From the human T2T-CHM13v2.0 reference genome, Homo sapiens, in NCBI RefSeq assembly GCF_009914755.1, contig NC_060936.1: 64,000 bases of DNA; one strand, written 5' to 3'. Each line of letters begins with the position of its first letter. Position 1 is the stretch's first letter. A model generated the notes under the pieces. The model did not search any database and was not told the DNA's origin. It worked only from the letters and a program-made list of their open reading frames with translations. The position numbers were made by a program, and so were the translations under genes. Positions 48,030 through 63,507 of this stretch are shown here, piece by piece.

Positions 48030-48163
48030 TGTGGCCATGTCAATGGAAGCTGTTGCCTCATCCATAATAAGAATGCTGCTTTTGCGGACAAAGGCCCTGG
48101 CAAGGCAAAATAGCTGTCTCTGTCCAACGCTAAAATTCTCCCCACCTTCAGTGACAACCGCAT
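48030..48163 (-). CDS. ABCC9: SUR2 exon 36 (134 nt): NBD2 signature and Walker B
   Basis: [48 protein letters not shown] bounded. Confidence 0.97.
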
Positions 48164-49306
48164 CTAAATCAGAGAAAGAAGCAAGGATTTCACTAAAGAA
48201 ATGCTACTAACATTTACCTTGGACAAAATCATGAAAAACACATTATGTTGTATGACAGCATGATGGATATCACTTAGTGCTGGTGCAAGGACTTCATACT
48301 GGAACACAAAGAGGAACTCCACTTTGGGAAAATGAAGATGTCCCTAAATTATCTCATTTATGACAATAGGTAGTGAATTACCTCTGATAGGAGGATATAA
48401 AACATTTGGAAGACAGAAAGATCTTGGAAATTATTTAATTATTTAATACAATTCTCTAAGGAGATTACTTAATATAATTACCTAAGGCCCAGAGAGCTGA
48501 AATGGCTTGCCCAAAGTCACATTTAGCTAATTTGATAAGATACAGAATATTCTCAACTCTAATTCCACTTCTCTTTTCATTATACCATCTTTCTGGACTG
48601 TAAGTACCAAGTGGATAAGGACCGGGTTTATTTTTTTTTTGTCAGAATGTCCCTAGTACTGCGGTATCTTACACAGGAGCTGAATAACACACTGTTGTAT
48701 GGATAAATGAATATGTCCTCATTATCCTTTTCTTTTTTTTTGGTTTCCATCTACATTTCATAAACTGTACTATTGTGAGTTTAAGAAAAATTCTGTTTCC
48801 AAATGTCTTTTTTATTAGAATTCAAACACCTTTCCCTAATGTCCTGGGGAAAATTTCTATTGATTATATTCTAATGGTATCAAAGTCTTATAATTTGTCA
48901 TGATGGGAAAATAGGTATTTATTCTCCAAATTCTGATTTACATATAAGAGGATGCTGGACATAAGGAATGTTTCCACCAAAGCTGGCCTGAACCAAATCT
49001 TCATTAAGCCCTGGTCATCTTTACTAAGATGATGAGCACCATATTCAGTCGGTTACATAATGTAAATACAATCCCCTGTGGCCTGTGCTGTACCATAACC
49101 CCAAAACACTATGCCCACAATCTAAACAGGTGCATGCAGCTCTCATGTTAATGAAGAGGACTAGAAAGATGCAACTGTCTTTCCAAATATTAATGGTGAG
49201 AGAGGGGATCTCTAAATGCCAAGAGAGAAAGTTCTATAAGCATGCATTAATTTCTCAAGTAGACTTGCTGGGCTTTCCACAGGAGACATCAAAAAACTAT
49301 TATGGG

Positions 49307-49488
49307 AGCTAGGCATAGTGGGGCACCTATAGTCCCAGCTACTCAGGAGGCTGAGGTAGGAGGATCACTTGACCCCAGGGATTAGAGGGTGTAGTATGCG
49401 ATAATCATGCCTGTGAATAGCCACTGCACTCAAGTCTGGGTAACATAGCGAGAACTTGTCTCAAAAAAAAAAAAAAAAAAAAAGAAAA
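49307..49488 (+). mobile_element. FAM (fossil Alu monomer)
   Basis: Single arm retaining 7SL-like gcctgtgaatagccactgcact; A tail. Confidence 0.8.
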
Positions 49489-50521
49489 AATCATTATGGA
49501 AAGTTCATCCAGAGTTCTGGAATTATTTTCACAACCTGACCCTGGCAAGTCAATAAAACATTCCTTAAAGACATGCTGTCTTAACTTTTGTTTGTGGCAT
49601 ACTCTCTCCTTGGAACTTAATTAAAATAATAAAATGTAGTATTTCTGAGTTGGCCCTGCTTTTCAAATAAACTAACAGATAAACATAATTTTATTTTGTA
49701 GGTTGACTTTTTAAAAACTAGATGCCAAACACCACAATTTGGCAACTATATATTGTATATTAAATTTAGAATATCAATAACTATTATCTTTCCTATTGCT
49801 TTCTTAGATGAGTTAAGATGTTAAGGAAGCAAAGTCAAAAATTATACATGTTCCTTTTAATGAGTTAAAGATAGTATGAACTCTCTGTGGTTTCAATAAT
49901 CACATTCATGCTGTCATCATTTATTTGTCAGACATTGTACAACCCCTAGGACTGAATTTTTATCAGTGATTGAGTACATGTTGTGTTCTTTACACAAGTG
50001 TTTAAAATTGATACTGCCTCAAGGCAATACAAAACAATGTCTTCAAACACAAAGAAAATTATGTTATATAAATAAAAAGAATTTTCCCTCCTGGCAGCAG
50101 AGAAAATGGCTACTAATGGGGCAAAATTGCCTTTCCCTAAGTGGTGCCAAAGACTTAAACCTAACAGCTCCTGCAATCCTTCCACTCATTTCCTGATGGT
50201 AGGTGATCAGACAGGTCAACTGAGAAAGAGTAACTACAGGGAAACATCCATTACAATGACCTGTACCCACCAATTGTGAAAAGATGGCAGAGATAAATGT
50301 ATTAATTGGAATATTTTGGAGTAGTCACATAGAACAGAATTTGTTATCGGGTTCACCCTCTTGTACCCCATGCAAAAACATTAGATTTTGAAATATTCTA
50401 ATGACTTTTAGGATATTATTTTAAATATAAGGGGATTTAACACTAAAGTTATGTGATTATAGCATAAAACGTAGATAGACATATGTAGGATTAATGGCAT
50501 ATATAAAAAATAAATATGCTA

Positions 50522-50656
<135 letters not shown>

Positions 50657-51055
50657 TTAATTAGTCAATAAGTGAAAATATAGAAACTTTTATGTATATT
50701 TGCTTATTGCTTTTCTTTCCTTACAATGTAAGTTCCATTTGTTTTGGTTACTGCTGTATATTCAGCACCTAGAACAGTGCCCAGAGCAGTGCAAGCACTG
50801 AATTCATGCTTGATGAATGAATGCATGATCTTAATAGTATAAAAAATTGTCTTGATATCATTATAAAACTTTGTATACATTATATCATATTATCAAGTTT
50901 GTTACCTAGCTCCATTGGCTCCAAACTATGCTTAGTATAACCCAAATAGTATCTAGCAAAATATTCCTGCAGGACTGATGCTACATACATACATCTCTAT
51001 GGGAGCATATTACACTATTTTAGATCAGCTGTGCTGCCATCACCAACAATAGTAG

Positions 51056-51428
51056 TGTACTGGTCCATTCTCATGCTGCTATAAGGACATACCCGAGACT
51101 GGGTAATTTATAAAGAAAGAGGTTTAATTGACTTGCAGTTCTGCAGGGCTGGGGAGGTCTCAGGAAACTTACAATCATGGTAGAAGGGGAAGCAAACATG
51201 TCCTTCTTCACATGGTGGCAGGAGAGAGAAGTATTAAGCAAAGTGGGAAAAGCCCCTTATAAAACCATCAGATCTCATGAGAACTCACTCACTATTATGA
51301 GAACAGCATGGGGGTAACCGCCCCCATGATTCAATTACCTCCTACTGGGTCCCTCCCATGACACTTGAGGATTATGGCAACTACAATTCAAGATGAGGTT
51401 TTGGTGGGGACATAGCCAAACCATATCA
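51056..51428 (-). mobile_element. THE1-type MaLR solo LTR
   Basis: TG...CA ends, 373 bp, perfect 5-bp TSD AGTAG. Confidence 0.9.
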
Positions 51429-51681
51429 AGTAGTATTCATAATAAATATATTTGGAGATATAAATTCACTATGGTATTGCTAAATTACTTGACACATCCA
51501 GAAGTTTTAAAGTAGTTTTACAACTAAATACTAGGCAATCTTACATACATTTTTTCTTTACAATAAAGAGTAATTAGTAAAAGGAGGTGGCAAACACTTC
51601 TTTGTAATTAAGTAGATGGAGGTTAGGAGCAAAATAGAACAAAATATGGTCAAATGAGAGATGTGATCTGGGGGATGATGC

Positions 51682-52048
51682 TGATATCATTTTGCTCTGT
51701 GTTCCCACCCAAATCTCATCTCGAATTGTAATCCTCACGTGTCCAGGGAGGGACCTGGTGGGAGCTGATTAGATCACTGGGGCAGTTTCCCCCATGCTGT
51801 TCTCATGATAGAGAGTGAGTTTTTATGAGATTCGATGGTTTTAAAGTGTGGCAGTTCCCCCTTCACTCTCCCTCTTTCCTGGCACCATGAGAAGATGTGC
51901 CTTGCTTCCCCTTTGCCTTCCGCCATGATTGTAAGTTTCCTGAGGCCTCCCCAGCCATGAAGAGCTGGGAGTCAATTAAACCTCTTTCTTTTATAAATTA
52001 CCTAGTCTCAGATCATTCTTTACAACAGTGTGAAAACAGACTAATACA
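51682..52048 (+). mobile_element. THE1D/MSTA-type MaLR solo LTR
   Basis: tgatat...ctaataca, 367 bp, perfect 5-bp TSD GATGC. Confidence 0.9.
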
Positions 52049-52054
52049 GATGCC

Positions 52055-52245
52055 AACATGGACTTTGGAATCAGGCAAACTTCAGTTGGAATAGCAGTTC
52101 TTCCACTTACTAGGTGTACAAACTTGGTTTAAGTTACAGCTTCTTTGAGTTTCAAAACCCTCATCTATAAAATGGAGATAATAAATATCTACCCTAGAGT
52201 AACGGTTTGAGAATTTAATCAGATAATATATTTAAAGCACCTAGC
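52055..52245. mobile_element. MIR SINE
   Basis: ctcatctataaaatggagataataaatatctacc core. Confidence 0.65.
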
Positions 52246-52731
52246 AGATGGTTGATATCCCCCCCGCCCTTTTTTTTTTGGTGGGAAACCCTGAACCAGG
52301 TATGAAGACTGTAGCAGCTTTATTCATAGCAATTTTGGCTGAAGTAAAGTTGTAAGGGGTGGAGGGATAGATAAAGGGATTAACCAAAGTCAGAATATCT
52401 GCTGAGGTCAGGCCAGACACACAAGTTAGACTGGATATCTGTAAGATGGAACACCTTAGAAATGTCTGCCAAGCATCACCGTTCTCAAGTATAGTGGAAA
52501 AAGTGGCTTTTATAGAATCAAACTGAAAGGGATGAAGATCTCCTGGAAACATAATTTTATAGGTTAATTTACAACTCTAGGCTTTTCCAATCCAAATTGT
52601 TGGATGGTATATTTGATTTTATTGCCTTGATATCAGTTCACTCATACCTGAAAAATGACTCTGAGTAAAACCTTTCTATGAGTCAAAGGCTAAATCCTAA
52701 GGCATACAGGTGTTGCTAAATATGTTACCTA

Positions 52732-52902
<171 letters not shown>

Positions 52903-52964
52903 TTACAAATTGAAAGTTATTTCTTAGTTAGGGGTTGAAATTCAGGAGACCCACTTTTCCATTT

Positions 52965-53541
52965 AAGCATGTGGTGATTCCTCAAGTATCTAGAACTAGA
53001 AACACCGTTTGACTCAGCAATCCCATTACTGGGTATATACCCAAAGGATTATAAATCATTCTACTTTAAAGACACATGCACACTTATGTTTATGGCAGCA
53101 CTGTTCACAATAGCAAAGACTTGGAACCAACCCAAATGCCCATCAATGATAGAGTGGATAAAGAAAATATGGCACATATACACCATGGAATACTATGCAG
53201 CCATCGAAAAGGATGAGCTAATGTCCTTTGCAGGGAAATGGATGAAGCTGGAAACCATCATTCTCAGCAAACTAACACAGGAACAGAAAACCAAATACTG
53301 CATGTTCTCACTCATAAGTGGGAGTTGAACAATGAGAACACATGGACACAGGTTGGGGAACATCACACACTGGGGCCTCTCGAGGGGTAGGGGGTTAGGG
53401 GAGGGATAGCATTAGGAGAAATACCTAATGTAGATGATGGGTTGATGGGTGCAGCAAACCACCATGGCACATGTATACCTATGTAACAAACCTGCATGTT
53501 CTGCACATGTACCCCAGAACTTAAAGTATAATAAAAAAAAA
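52965..53541 (+). mobile_element. 5'-truncated L1PA7-like 3' end (intron 33)
   Basis: ORF 53086-53328 is the ORF2 C-terminus; 3' UTR; aataaaaaaaaa. Confidence 0.92.
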
Positions 53542-55280
53542 TCTTGTGTCTCTAAAAAATATACATATTTGGTGGTGATTTTTCTTTCTTATATATTTCT
53601 CCTAAGGGAATTCAGAGTTTTTATTCTGTTTATGTGATCATACCAACCAAAAAGTATTTTTATCCCTTACTGAGTACTTTTCCTTCTAGTATTCCCTTTA
53701 TCCTCCTCACTTTATTTCTCTCTATGGGATTTATCAGAATCTGATATTCTACACACTTTTACTTATCTTTTTTTATTGTCTGTTCCCCAACTAGAATACA
53801 AGCTCTTTAAAAACCAGGATCTTTGTCATTCACTCCTGTATTGATTTAATAATACAATGCATTACAAATAGAGAAGTAAATTCTGTGATATGACTATCAA
53901 GTTTTAATAAATTTCTCCATACTGCATATGGACTTATAGAGGTTTGTGCAGTGTTGATGTTGTTTCTCCACCATGATATATGCAGTTAATCCTATCACTT
54001 TTGTGCAGAGACCATATTGCCCTGTGAGATAAGATGTCAGGCTCAGAATGGCAGCTGCAGTCCTTTTACCAGATAGATTTAGAGCAGGCAAGGGTGATTA
54101 GCTTAACCTATGTCTTTCAGGAATAATAGATCAGAAATAATAAATTATGAATTAAAATCTTAATAGCCTATGGCTATTAAAAAGAGAATAAATCATTGAT
54201 AGTTCACATGGGACCTGAAATCATGTGTCTGAACTCATAAGGATCAGGCTAACCTAACATGATCAGTCATAAACATAGTGTTTTAATGAAAAATGTCAGT
54301 TGATTTTTGATCACTTAATTGCCTTATAACTTTAATCCCACTGAAAGTCCTTAAAGTATCTGTGCATTATTACTAGCCATGGAAAAAATAAGCTGCTAAC
54401 TTAGTGACAGAAGTTTACCTTGTTCCTGAATCTGAACCCCAAAAAAACTATATTTACTATAGTTCCATGTTGTTGTTCATAAACTGACCTCTTTATCTCA
54501 CAGAGCTGTTGTGTAGATTAAATTCAATAATATAAACTGTCAAGTACAATAAACATGCAAAGTACTATAGTCATCGTAATCATTACAGATAATAATAGTA
54601 AGCACTCCTTGTACTGTCAAGTACAATAAGTTCGGTCAAATTCATTGCTGGATCCTCTTTCATTCAAGATACTTTATGTGCTGGCCTATTTATAGGCCAC
54701 TTGATAGACTAAATGTGACTTTTTTTAAAAAAAGATTAAGTTATTTCTACGCTCTTGTGTATCATATTATTAATACTATGGTGGATGAATGTGTATGTTT
54801 TGTGTATGTTGTTACCATGAGCTTTATCACTTTGCAGCAAAGGTTGCCTCCTCACAAAACGTTCAATGTCATTAAGCAATGTTATTAAGCAGATGATGGT
54901 AAGAGTCATGTACCAAAATTTAAAATGCAGATTACTTACCTCCTTGTACTTTTTTCCTTTGTTGGAAAGAGACATACATTTAGTCTAAAGGAAGCAAGGC
55001 AGTTGTCCTCCCTCTTTCTTTCTCTTGAAATTCCACCTCCACCTACTGCTATTCAAAGTGGGTGGCCTTGTTTTCATTTTACAAGTTTATTAAAATGCTT
55101 TAGCAATAATGTATAGACATGAGTTTAAGGCTCATCATTTTATTTCCCCAATTCTATGTCTTTTATTTACTTTTGAGCTGTTTATTTGGGATATCTGCCT
55201 TGAACCATGTGTAGAGCACAAAGTCCTTATAAATATTTGCTTTTGATTTCTGCAGGATTAGGTAAATTGATGTTTTTTTA

Positions 55281-55406
<126 letters not shown>

Positions 55407-55584
55407 CTAGGAAAACAGCTGTCACTCAAAGAGAAGAGGACTCAGAAAAGGACAGAAGATTAGCTTAAGTTTTGTTTTTTAACTTAAGATATTATGATAA
55501 AACTGTAATTATGTTTAAATAATTACATTATAGTTATCATTTTTTCTTAGATCTACATTATGAATTATTCTCAAGATAAAAACA

Positions 55585-55899
<315 letters not shown>

Positions 55900-56443
55900 T
55901 CACCAAATCTTCAATGATTTCATTCTATTTATTTTTATTTTCATGTGATTGCCTTGTTTTTTCTTCATGGTTTTTTTTTTTTTTTGCATTTAGTATATTG
56001 TTGGACTAACAAATAATTATTCCATGTTATCTAAGAAGTGATAGTTTTATAACAAAAAGTAGAATGATTCCATTTTCTTCTGCCCACTTGTTCTTTTTAC
56101 AATAACTAAAAGAAGTCATTTGGGGACTAGAGTTATTATGAATGCAAAGATTCCCAAGGGGATGGCTATTATGGCCAGGAGTCAGAAGACAGAAATTTTT
56201 AAAAACATGCCTATTGTTGACTTTTCTGATCTCCATGGGAGACTAGTGAATTACAATATGACTTGGAGAACATGTACTGTAGTCTGATCCTATCTCTCCC
56301 TTTTTTCTTTTATGCAGATAATTTGACCTACATCAGGTAGGGAATATACTTACTTGGCTGGGAAGTATGAAGAGCTTAGGTAGTAAAAAAGCAGACTCCC
56401 TCAGAGGTTTTATGTATACAACATATCAAATGCAGTGATTTCA

Positions 56444-56650
<207 letters not shown>

Positions 56651-56718
56651 TTAAATACATTTATACATATATATATATTTTTCTAAATTTAAAGTAATAC
56701 TGAACCAAACTATGTGGC

Positions 56719-56720
<2 letters not shown>

Positions 56721-56771
<51 letters not shown>
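56721..56771. repeat. Poly(T)51 tract
   Basis: 51 uninterrupted T. Confidence 0.98.
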
Positions 56772-56773
<2 letters not shown>

Positions 56774-56909
56774 TTTAAATCACATTCAAATAAACACCTT
56801 TTGATTACGCACTTTTAAGACAGTTTTTTTCGTGTTTGTTTTTGGAGCCTTAACCATCATCATCTCTCCTTAGCATTCCGTCACTCAATTCTATTCAAAG
56901 TGGACAGAG

Positions 56910-57480
56910 ATAGTTCATTTCTGAATTGATTTATTTGTTCAGTCAGTTGGTCATTAAACACTTAGGTGCTTTAAATGTGAGAGGTGCTGTACAAGGTGCT
57001 GGGAATATGGAGACGAAAGACACAGCTCAAGGTGCTTTCTGTGTCCTTGGGGAATTGTCCAGTAGGTCAGCACCTACAGTACTACATGGAGGCCCCATGA
57101 TGAAGGCAAACCTACGGTGCTCTGGGAGCATGGATGGTGCTAACCTTGGAGGTCCAGGAGGGCTCCAAGAGGAAACAGTGCCTGAGATGAATTTTAAAGG
57201 ATGGGAGATGGGGAAATTTATTTTAAATATATGTACATAGGAGAATAAAGAGGAAAAGAAAGCCTAGCATGTTAGTGTGGCCAGAGTAAAAGTGGTGCAG
57301 GTGGATGACAAGAAATGAGACATGAAAGATGGGCAAGGGTTGGCTAATGAAGGGGCTCATGGTCTTAGCTAAGTTTTCTGGATTTTGTCCTTGAAGAACT
57401 AGATGACTGTTGAAAAATTTAGGTAAAGGAATGCCTTTTAAGCTTGGAGATATGCATTTAATGAAGATTATTCTGTCCTC
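56910..57480. mobile_element. L2 LINE fragment
   Basis: ttcatttctgaattgatttatttgttc...aggtgctgggaatatggag...ggagggctccaagaggaaacagtg. Confidence 0.55.
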
Positions 57481-57848
57481 AGTATTGAATTTCCTGACAG
57501 TATTATCCTAGCAAAGTTGGGAATCTCAGTCCGTATTTTAAGATCCAAATTTCTTGACATCTAAGTTAATAACGTCTTGAGAAAGGGAATATAGTAGTTT
57601 ATAGTTTAGGTCAGCAATTAATGTAATAAATCCCAAATATTTTCTCTTTAAATGTCATTAAATAAATATCTGTTTGGACTCTGGTTTTATCCAAGACTTT
57701 TCAGGCCTAAATAGTCACATCTTTTCCGGTGTACATAATCAAGCAAAGCCAAGATATGAGAGAGTTTTCTGGATACTGAAGTGGAAAGCAAAAGCAGAAA
57801 CAACAATGTGCCCAACAAACACTAATATTTGTTTAAAATAAATATTTA

Positions 57849-58025
<177 letters not shown>

Positions 58026-58571
58026 TTAAATAAATTAAAGTAAGAAGTTGTGGTTAATCACCGGAAATTTTGGAACGAGATAACTTGGACCATTAGTGTA
58101 CATGTGTGATACAACTCATAAGTGCTACAGAATATTAGAGACCAAGGAGAATGTCATGCGATATATCAGCAAAGAAGGTGTCTGGTTCCTTCAAGGGTCC
58201 ATAACTGTCACTATTTTGTGAACTGTCCTGATTTCCCTGCATGATGGATAGTGGTATACTCTTCTGTTTGCACTTATCTCATGTATATTCACATTCATTG
58301 TAGGCTAGTCCCCAGCTGGGTTGTGTACAACTCAGGACACGGATCCCAAACAGCTTGGAGAGTACTCTGACCACAAGATCTGAGAAGTTCTTAAAAATTG
58401 GTTCACAATGCTAGAAGTGAATCCAAACTGTCCCATAAAGCTGGGTTTGGGCCCCAATCTACTATTATTTGCAAGATGTAATCTTGTTATGAATTTAAAC
58501 CTTTCCTCTAACGTCCATGAATAAGAGTTGGTAATAACTGTAGTAGACCCTCCAACACTGCACAAAATGAG

Positions 58572-58987
<416 letters not shown>

Positions 58988-59145
58988 TTAAACCAAGTTC
59001 AATCAATTTACAGAGGTGATCACTAAGAGAATACACATCATTCCATGTGTGTCCTGTTAAGTTTCAGAGGAAGAATACCTAAGATGTAGAAGAATAATAG
59101 CTTGCAATATTAGAGCTGGAATGGAGAGTGAGTCCATGCTCTCAC

Positions 59146-59206
59146 TATATATATCTATATCTATATCTATATCTATCTATATATATATCTATATATAACT
59201 ATATAG

Positions 59207-59253
<47 letters not shown>
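59146..59253. repeat. Compound (TA/TATATC)n-(TG)n microsatellite
   Basis: Directly visible; about 18 TG units at 59218-59253. Confidence 0.95.
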
Positions 59254-59254
<1 letters not shown>

Positions 59255-59519
59255 TATGGGTTCAGAGAAGTTACACATCTTGCCAGAAGTTAAGCTACAA
59301 TTGGTGGCACAACAAGGATCAGATGTAGGGTTTACTTTTTTTTTTTTTTTTTTTCCGACTTTCTACTGCATTATGTTGCCAGACAAGCAGTTATTTTTGG
59401 ACCCGGTTTTCTAGCTCAGATTTCATGTGTGCTTATGTCAGGATTATGATTAGCTCCTTTGTGTTGTGTAGTGAGGCCCTTGCAGAAATTTGTCTGTGGT
59501 TAACTTGTTGGGATTTGTA

Positions 59520-59574
59520 TTAGGTTGATGCAACAGTAATAGCAAAACCCACAATTACTTTGGCTCCAACCTAC
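59520..59574. mobile_element. Degenerate MADE1
   Basis: ttaggttgatgcaacagtaat...aattactttggctccaaccta. Confidence 0.7.
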
Positions 59575-61049
59575 TATTTGAACTTTTTGTCAACTACCTG
59601 GCTCAGAGTCTGGGACACTAAACCTACAGATTTCATGTAAATAAGAATAAGCACTATGCTTGCTCAGACAATACAAGTATGGACATGTCTTAATGTATTT
59701 AAATAGTGTATGATTCAATTATAAACTCTTTTCCAAAATTAAAACAATTCTTTAATAACAGCCATAGATTCAAATAAAAGATGGGAACATCTGTCCATTT
59801 CCTAACGCTTTCTTTTTATCTCATTTCCCAGCGTTCTTAGGTATTGTTCTGTCTCATCATTCAAAAAAGAAATTCTAAAAACTTCTCATGTTAATGTGTC
59901 ACACATCCCCAAAGCAGGTAGAATTTCAGATATGCTCACTTTCTAGAATTATCTCAAGTCTCATTCCACTGATAAACTCCTTCTCTAGATAGATTTGTCT
60001 CTGGTGCCTCAAAAAAAATCTCACAACTAGATGATAACACATTAATGACAGTAATGGAATGTTGAACATGCTGAAGTCAAAGAATGAAGATGTTTCTCAA
60101 ATGACCTCACATGTGTACATTCCTGTCTCTTTTAAAAACAGCTCGAAAGATCAAACTGTTGGAGAACAACCAATGATCCCAGCCTTGGAAACAAAATCTG
60201 GGTTCAGACACTGACCTTGCCCGTTACTAGTTAATGAGCTCAGACAAGCAACTTAAAACCCTCTGAGACTCAATTTCTTCCTTGAAAAATAGAAATGATG
60301 TTTAATTCACAAGGATTTTTAAAGGAATAAAAATGTTAAATACCAGTTAGATTTCTCCATCTCCACATACCAGAATGTCTTTTTTTTTCCCTTTGGATAA
60401 TTTTCAGATGTTTAAAGCAAACTTAAAAATGTGTATGCATCATAAAACATCAAAGGTTAAAGCAGGCACTAAAATTTAATTCCATATTGATGCTCATGAT
60501 CTTTACAAAGATTAAAGGAAAAAAAATCACATAGAGTTAATCCTTTGAGGCAATAAATTCCACAGAGGTAGTAAATACTTTTTTGATTGCCTCTTCTGAT
60601 GTATCCTTTTGTTAACAACTTGCCACACCCCTACTAGACTGTTCTTTCTCTTTTCCTCTTTATTTGAATTAACTACATGGATGCAGAGAATAACCAGTCT
60701 GGGCTGTTCTTCTGCAGTTTATACATGCCAAAGTGCTCCCAAATACTTCTAAAATATTTACAGCAATATGAATTTTTTCCTTTCAGCCAGTTTGTGTAAA
60801 GTTAATACTTTCAAATTTATGTTATACATTTTTATTTCCATATTATTTTTTCTAAAAGTCTCATAGAGTTTCTGTAATAAGTTGCAGAAAGTAAATTAGT
60901 ACCAGAAAATCCTTCCAGCAAGGTATGTCTGGCTTGACATTAAAAAAAATATGTCATCTGGCTTCTGAGAAATTTCTGTGAGTGGTGTATATGTTAAGAG
61001 TTTGAGGCAAGGTACTTCTTTCATTAACTTCTATTCTCTACCTCCTGCC

Positions 61050-61745
61050 AGCTGACTTCATCCATCCATTCATACATTCTTTAAAAAATGTAAGTCAGGT
61101 CATATCACTCCCCTGTTTAGAATTAACAGTGCCTTCCTATTATACTTACAATACATTCAAACTCAGATGGGTGACAAAGCCTTATATATATAGCCTATAT
61201 ATATATATAAAACCTTATATATAGGCTCTCATCTATATATATAGCCTTATCCAGACTATATGTCTGGATTTTGTACCCTGTCTACTCTGACCTCATCTGA
61301 GATTACTTTCCTGCTCCTTCACTGTACTCCAACCACACTAGCCTTTTTCCTATTCTTGGGAATACATCAACTTTGTTTCTGCCAGTGACTGCCTGAAATG
61401 CTTGTCGGTAGGTCTCTGATACCTGGCTCCTTCCCATCATTTGAGGTTCAACTCAAACATCACCTCCTTGGAAAAGTCTTCCTTTCTTGGTTCCTAACTC
61501 CAGCCCTGTGGCTCTTCTCTTTCCCATTGTCCTGTTTTATTTTCCTCAAAGCACTCCGAAGTGTATGAAATTATCTTATTTGCTTATTTGTTTACATGGT
61601 TATTGTCTATCTACTCTCATTAGAATCTACGTTCCATGAGGACAGGGTCTTTGAATTTTTACCATTATTATCTCCAGCAATAGGAATAATGCTAAATACA
61701 TTGATTGTAAAGCTTCAGTACTTGTTTGTGGAGTAAATGACTAGA
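61050..61745. mobile_element. L2 LINE 3' region with a TA-rich expansion
   Basis: gtcaggtcatatcactcccctg...tcaactcaaacatcacctcc...gttccatgaggacagggtc. Confidence 0.65.
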
Positions 61746-63208
61746 TAAATTCACCCCTTCATAAAACATTCACTGAGTTTTTCTATGAGCTGACTATTTT
61801 CCAACTTAGGACTTCTCCCGACTTTTCTTTTAGGATTTGTATGAATCATTTAAGTCTCTACCAATCTCATTTCCAGATTTTAAGAGCTGAACATGTAAAG
61901 ATACTACAAGCATACATTTTTTGATAAAGTGGGAAGTCCAACACCGAGTTTTATAATCTTTTAACTCCCATGTCCATTTAGAACTGTAATATGACTGTCT
62001 CTTAAAAAGCTTTGCTATGTTTAAGTGTTATGAGTTATTTCCTTTTCTAAAGTGAAAAGTACTTTTACCTAAGCCATGAATTTCATCATTCAGTTCCAAA
62101 TTATTATATATATGTATATATTTTACTATTTTAATTGTGGGAAAAAAACTCACAAAATGCTGTTGCTGTGTTTTTTATAAAGAACAGATTTGGACAAAAT
62201 AGAACAAGGTCATAGCTGACTGAAATATCAAAAATCACTGGGTCTAAATAAATGGAAATTAAACAGTAGGAGTAATATGAATATAAATATAATAAAGGAA
62301 ATGTAAAACATTATGCAGTCAATTTCTCGCTATTGAGTTTAGTTTACTATGGAAATCTTTGTATTCTATATTGGGCTCCTGAATTCACCCACTGTAAAGA
62401 ATGACATGGTAGATTTGATTAGAAGATAATTTAAACTATTTTCCATTGAATTAAAATGATAATTCTGGTAACAGGTAGGTAGTCTTATTCTGGCAAAAGG
62501 GCCAGCAAAAGAAGTGAAAACAGATGATGGGAGAAAAAGGAGAAGACTCATCAATAAGTTGTAGTCAATATATATTTTCTGGGCCCCTTTCACGTGGTTA
62601 ATGTTTTCAAAACTACTTGTATAATTTTCAATATGATCACTAGATATTATTAGTTATTAGGCCAGCAATCCAAATATGCTCAAATTCATATATTAAAATG
62701 TTTTAGAAATATTATTTTTGACCCGGTCTTCAGCAAAAGAAAGGCATAGCTTTTTGAGGTACATTTTATAGCAAAAATTTTCAGAAGAGGAACTGATTTT
62801 CAAAATCTACAATCAACTAAATTCAAATAGATATTATAGCTTGAAAGCCAATATATCTGTAGTTTAGTATGTATAACAAAGTTATTTTATTATAAAAATA
62901 TTTTTAAACTTTCTTTTTAAAGAAAAAGTCATTCAGGCTGTCTTTTAATTTTACTAACTAGATACTTTCCAGCTCACTGCTGGATTACTACCACTGCTAA
63001 AAACTGTTTTTTTTTTTTCTAAAGTACTGGAAATATTTTAGAGACTACTGATCAGAATTTTATCTTGATTTGCATAAGGGATGAAGCTCCTTTGTGTACT
63101 ACACTTTTCAAAAAATATTCAGCAAAATCACTAAATTTCAATCACTTCTCTTCAAATATTACAGTAGTATAGAAATGTGAAATTAATAGCTAACATAAAA
63201 GCTTTTGT

Positions 63209-63507
<299 letters not shown>

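Noticed and set aside
48114-48142. Non-canonical ABC signature FSVGQ
   Set aside because: Normal degenerate NBD2 signature of ABCC/SUR proteins, not a lesion
54536-54629. 17-bp direct repeat actgtcaagtacaataa around a ~60-nt spacer (CRISPR- or TSD-like)
   Set aside because: Only two copies, eukaryotic intron, no poly(A) or element body between them; most likely a local duplication
61180-61255. TA-rich quasi-palindromic array
   Set aside because: Slippage expansion inside an L2 relic; no functional indication
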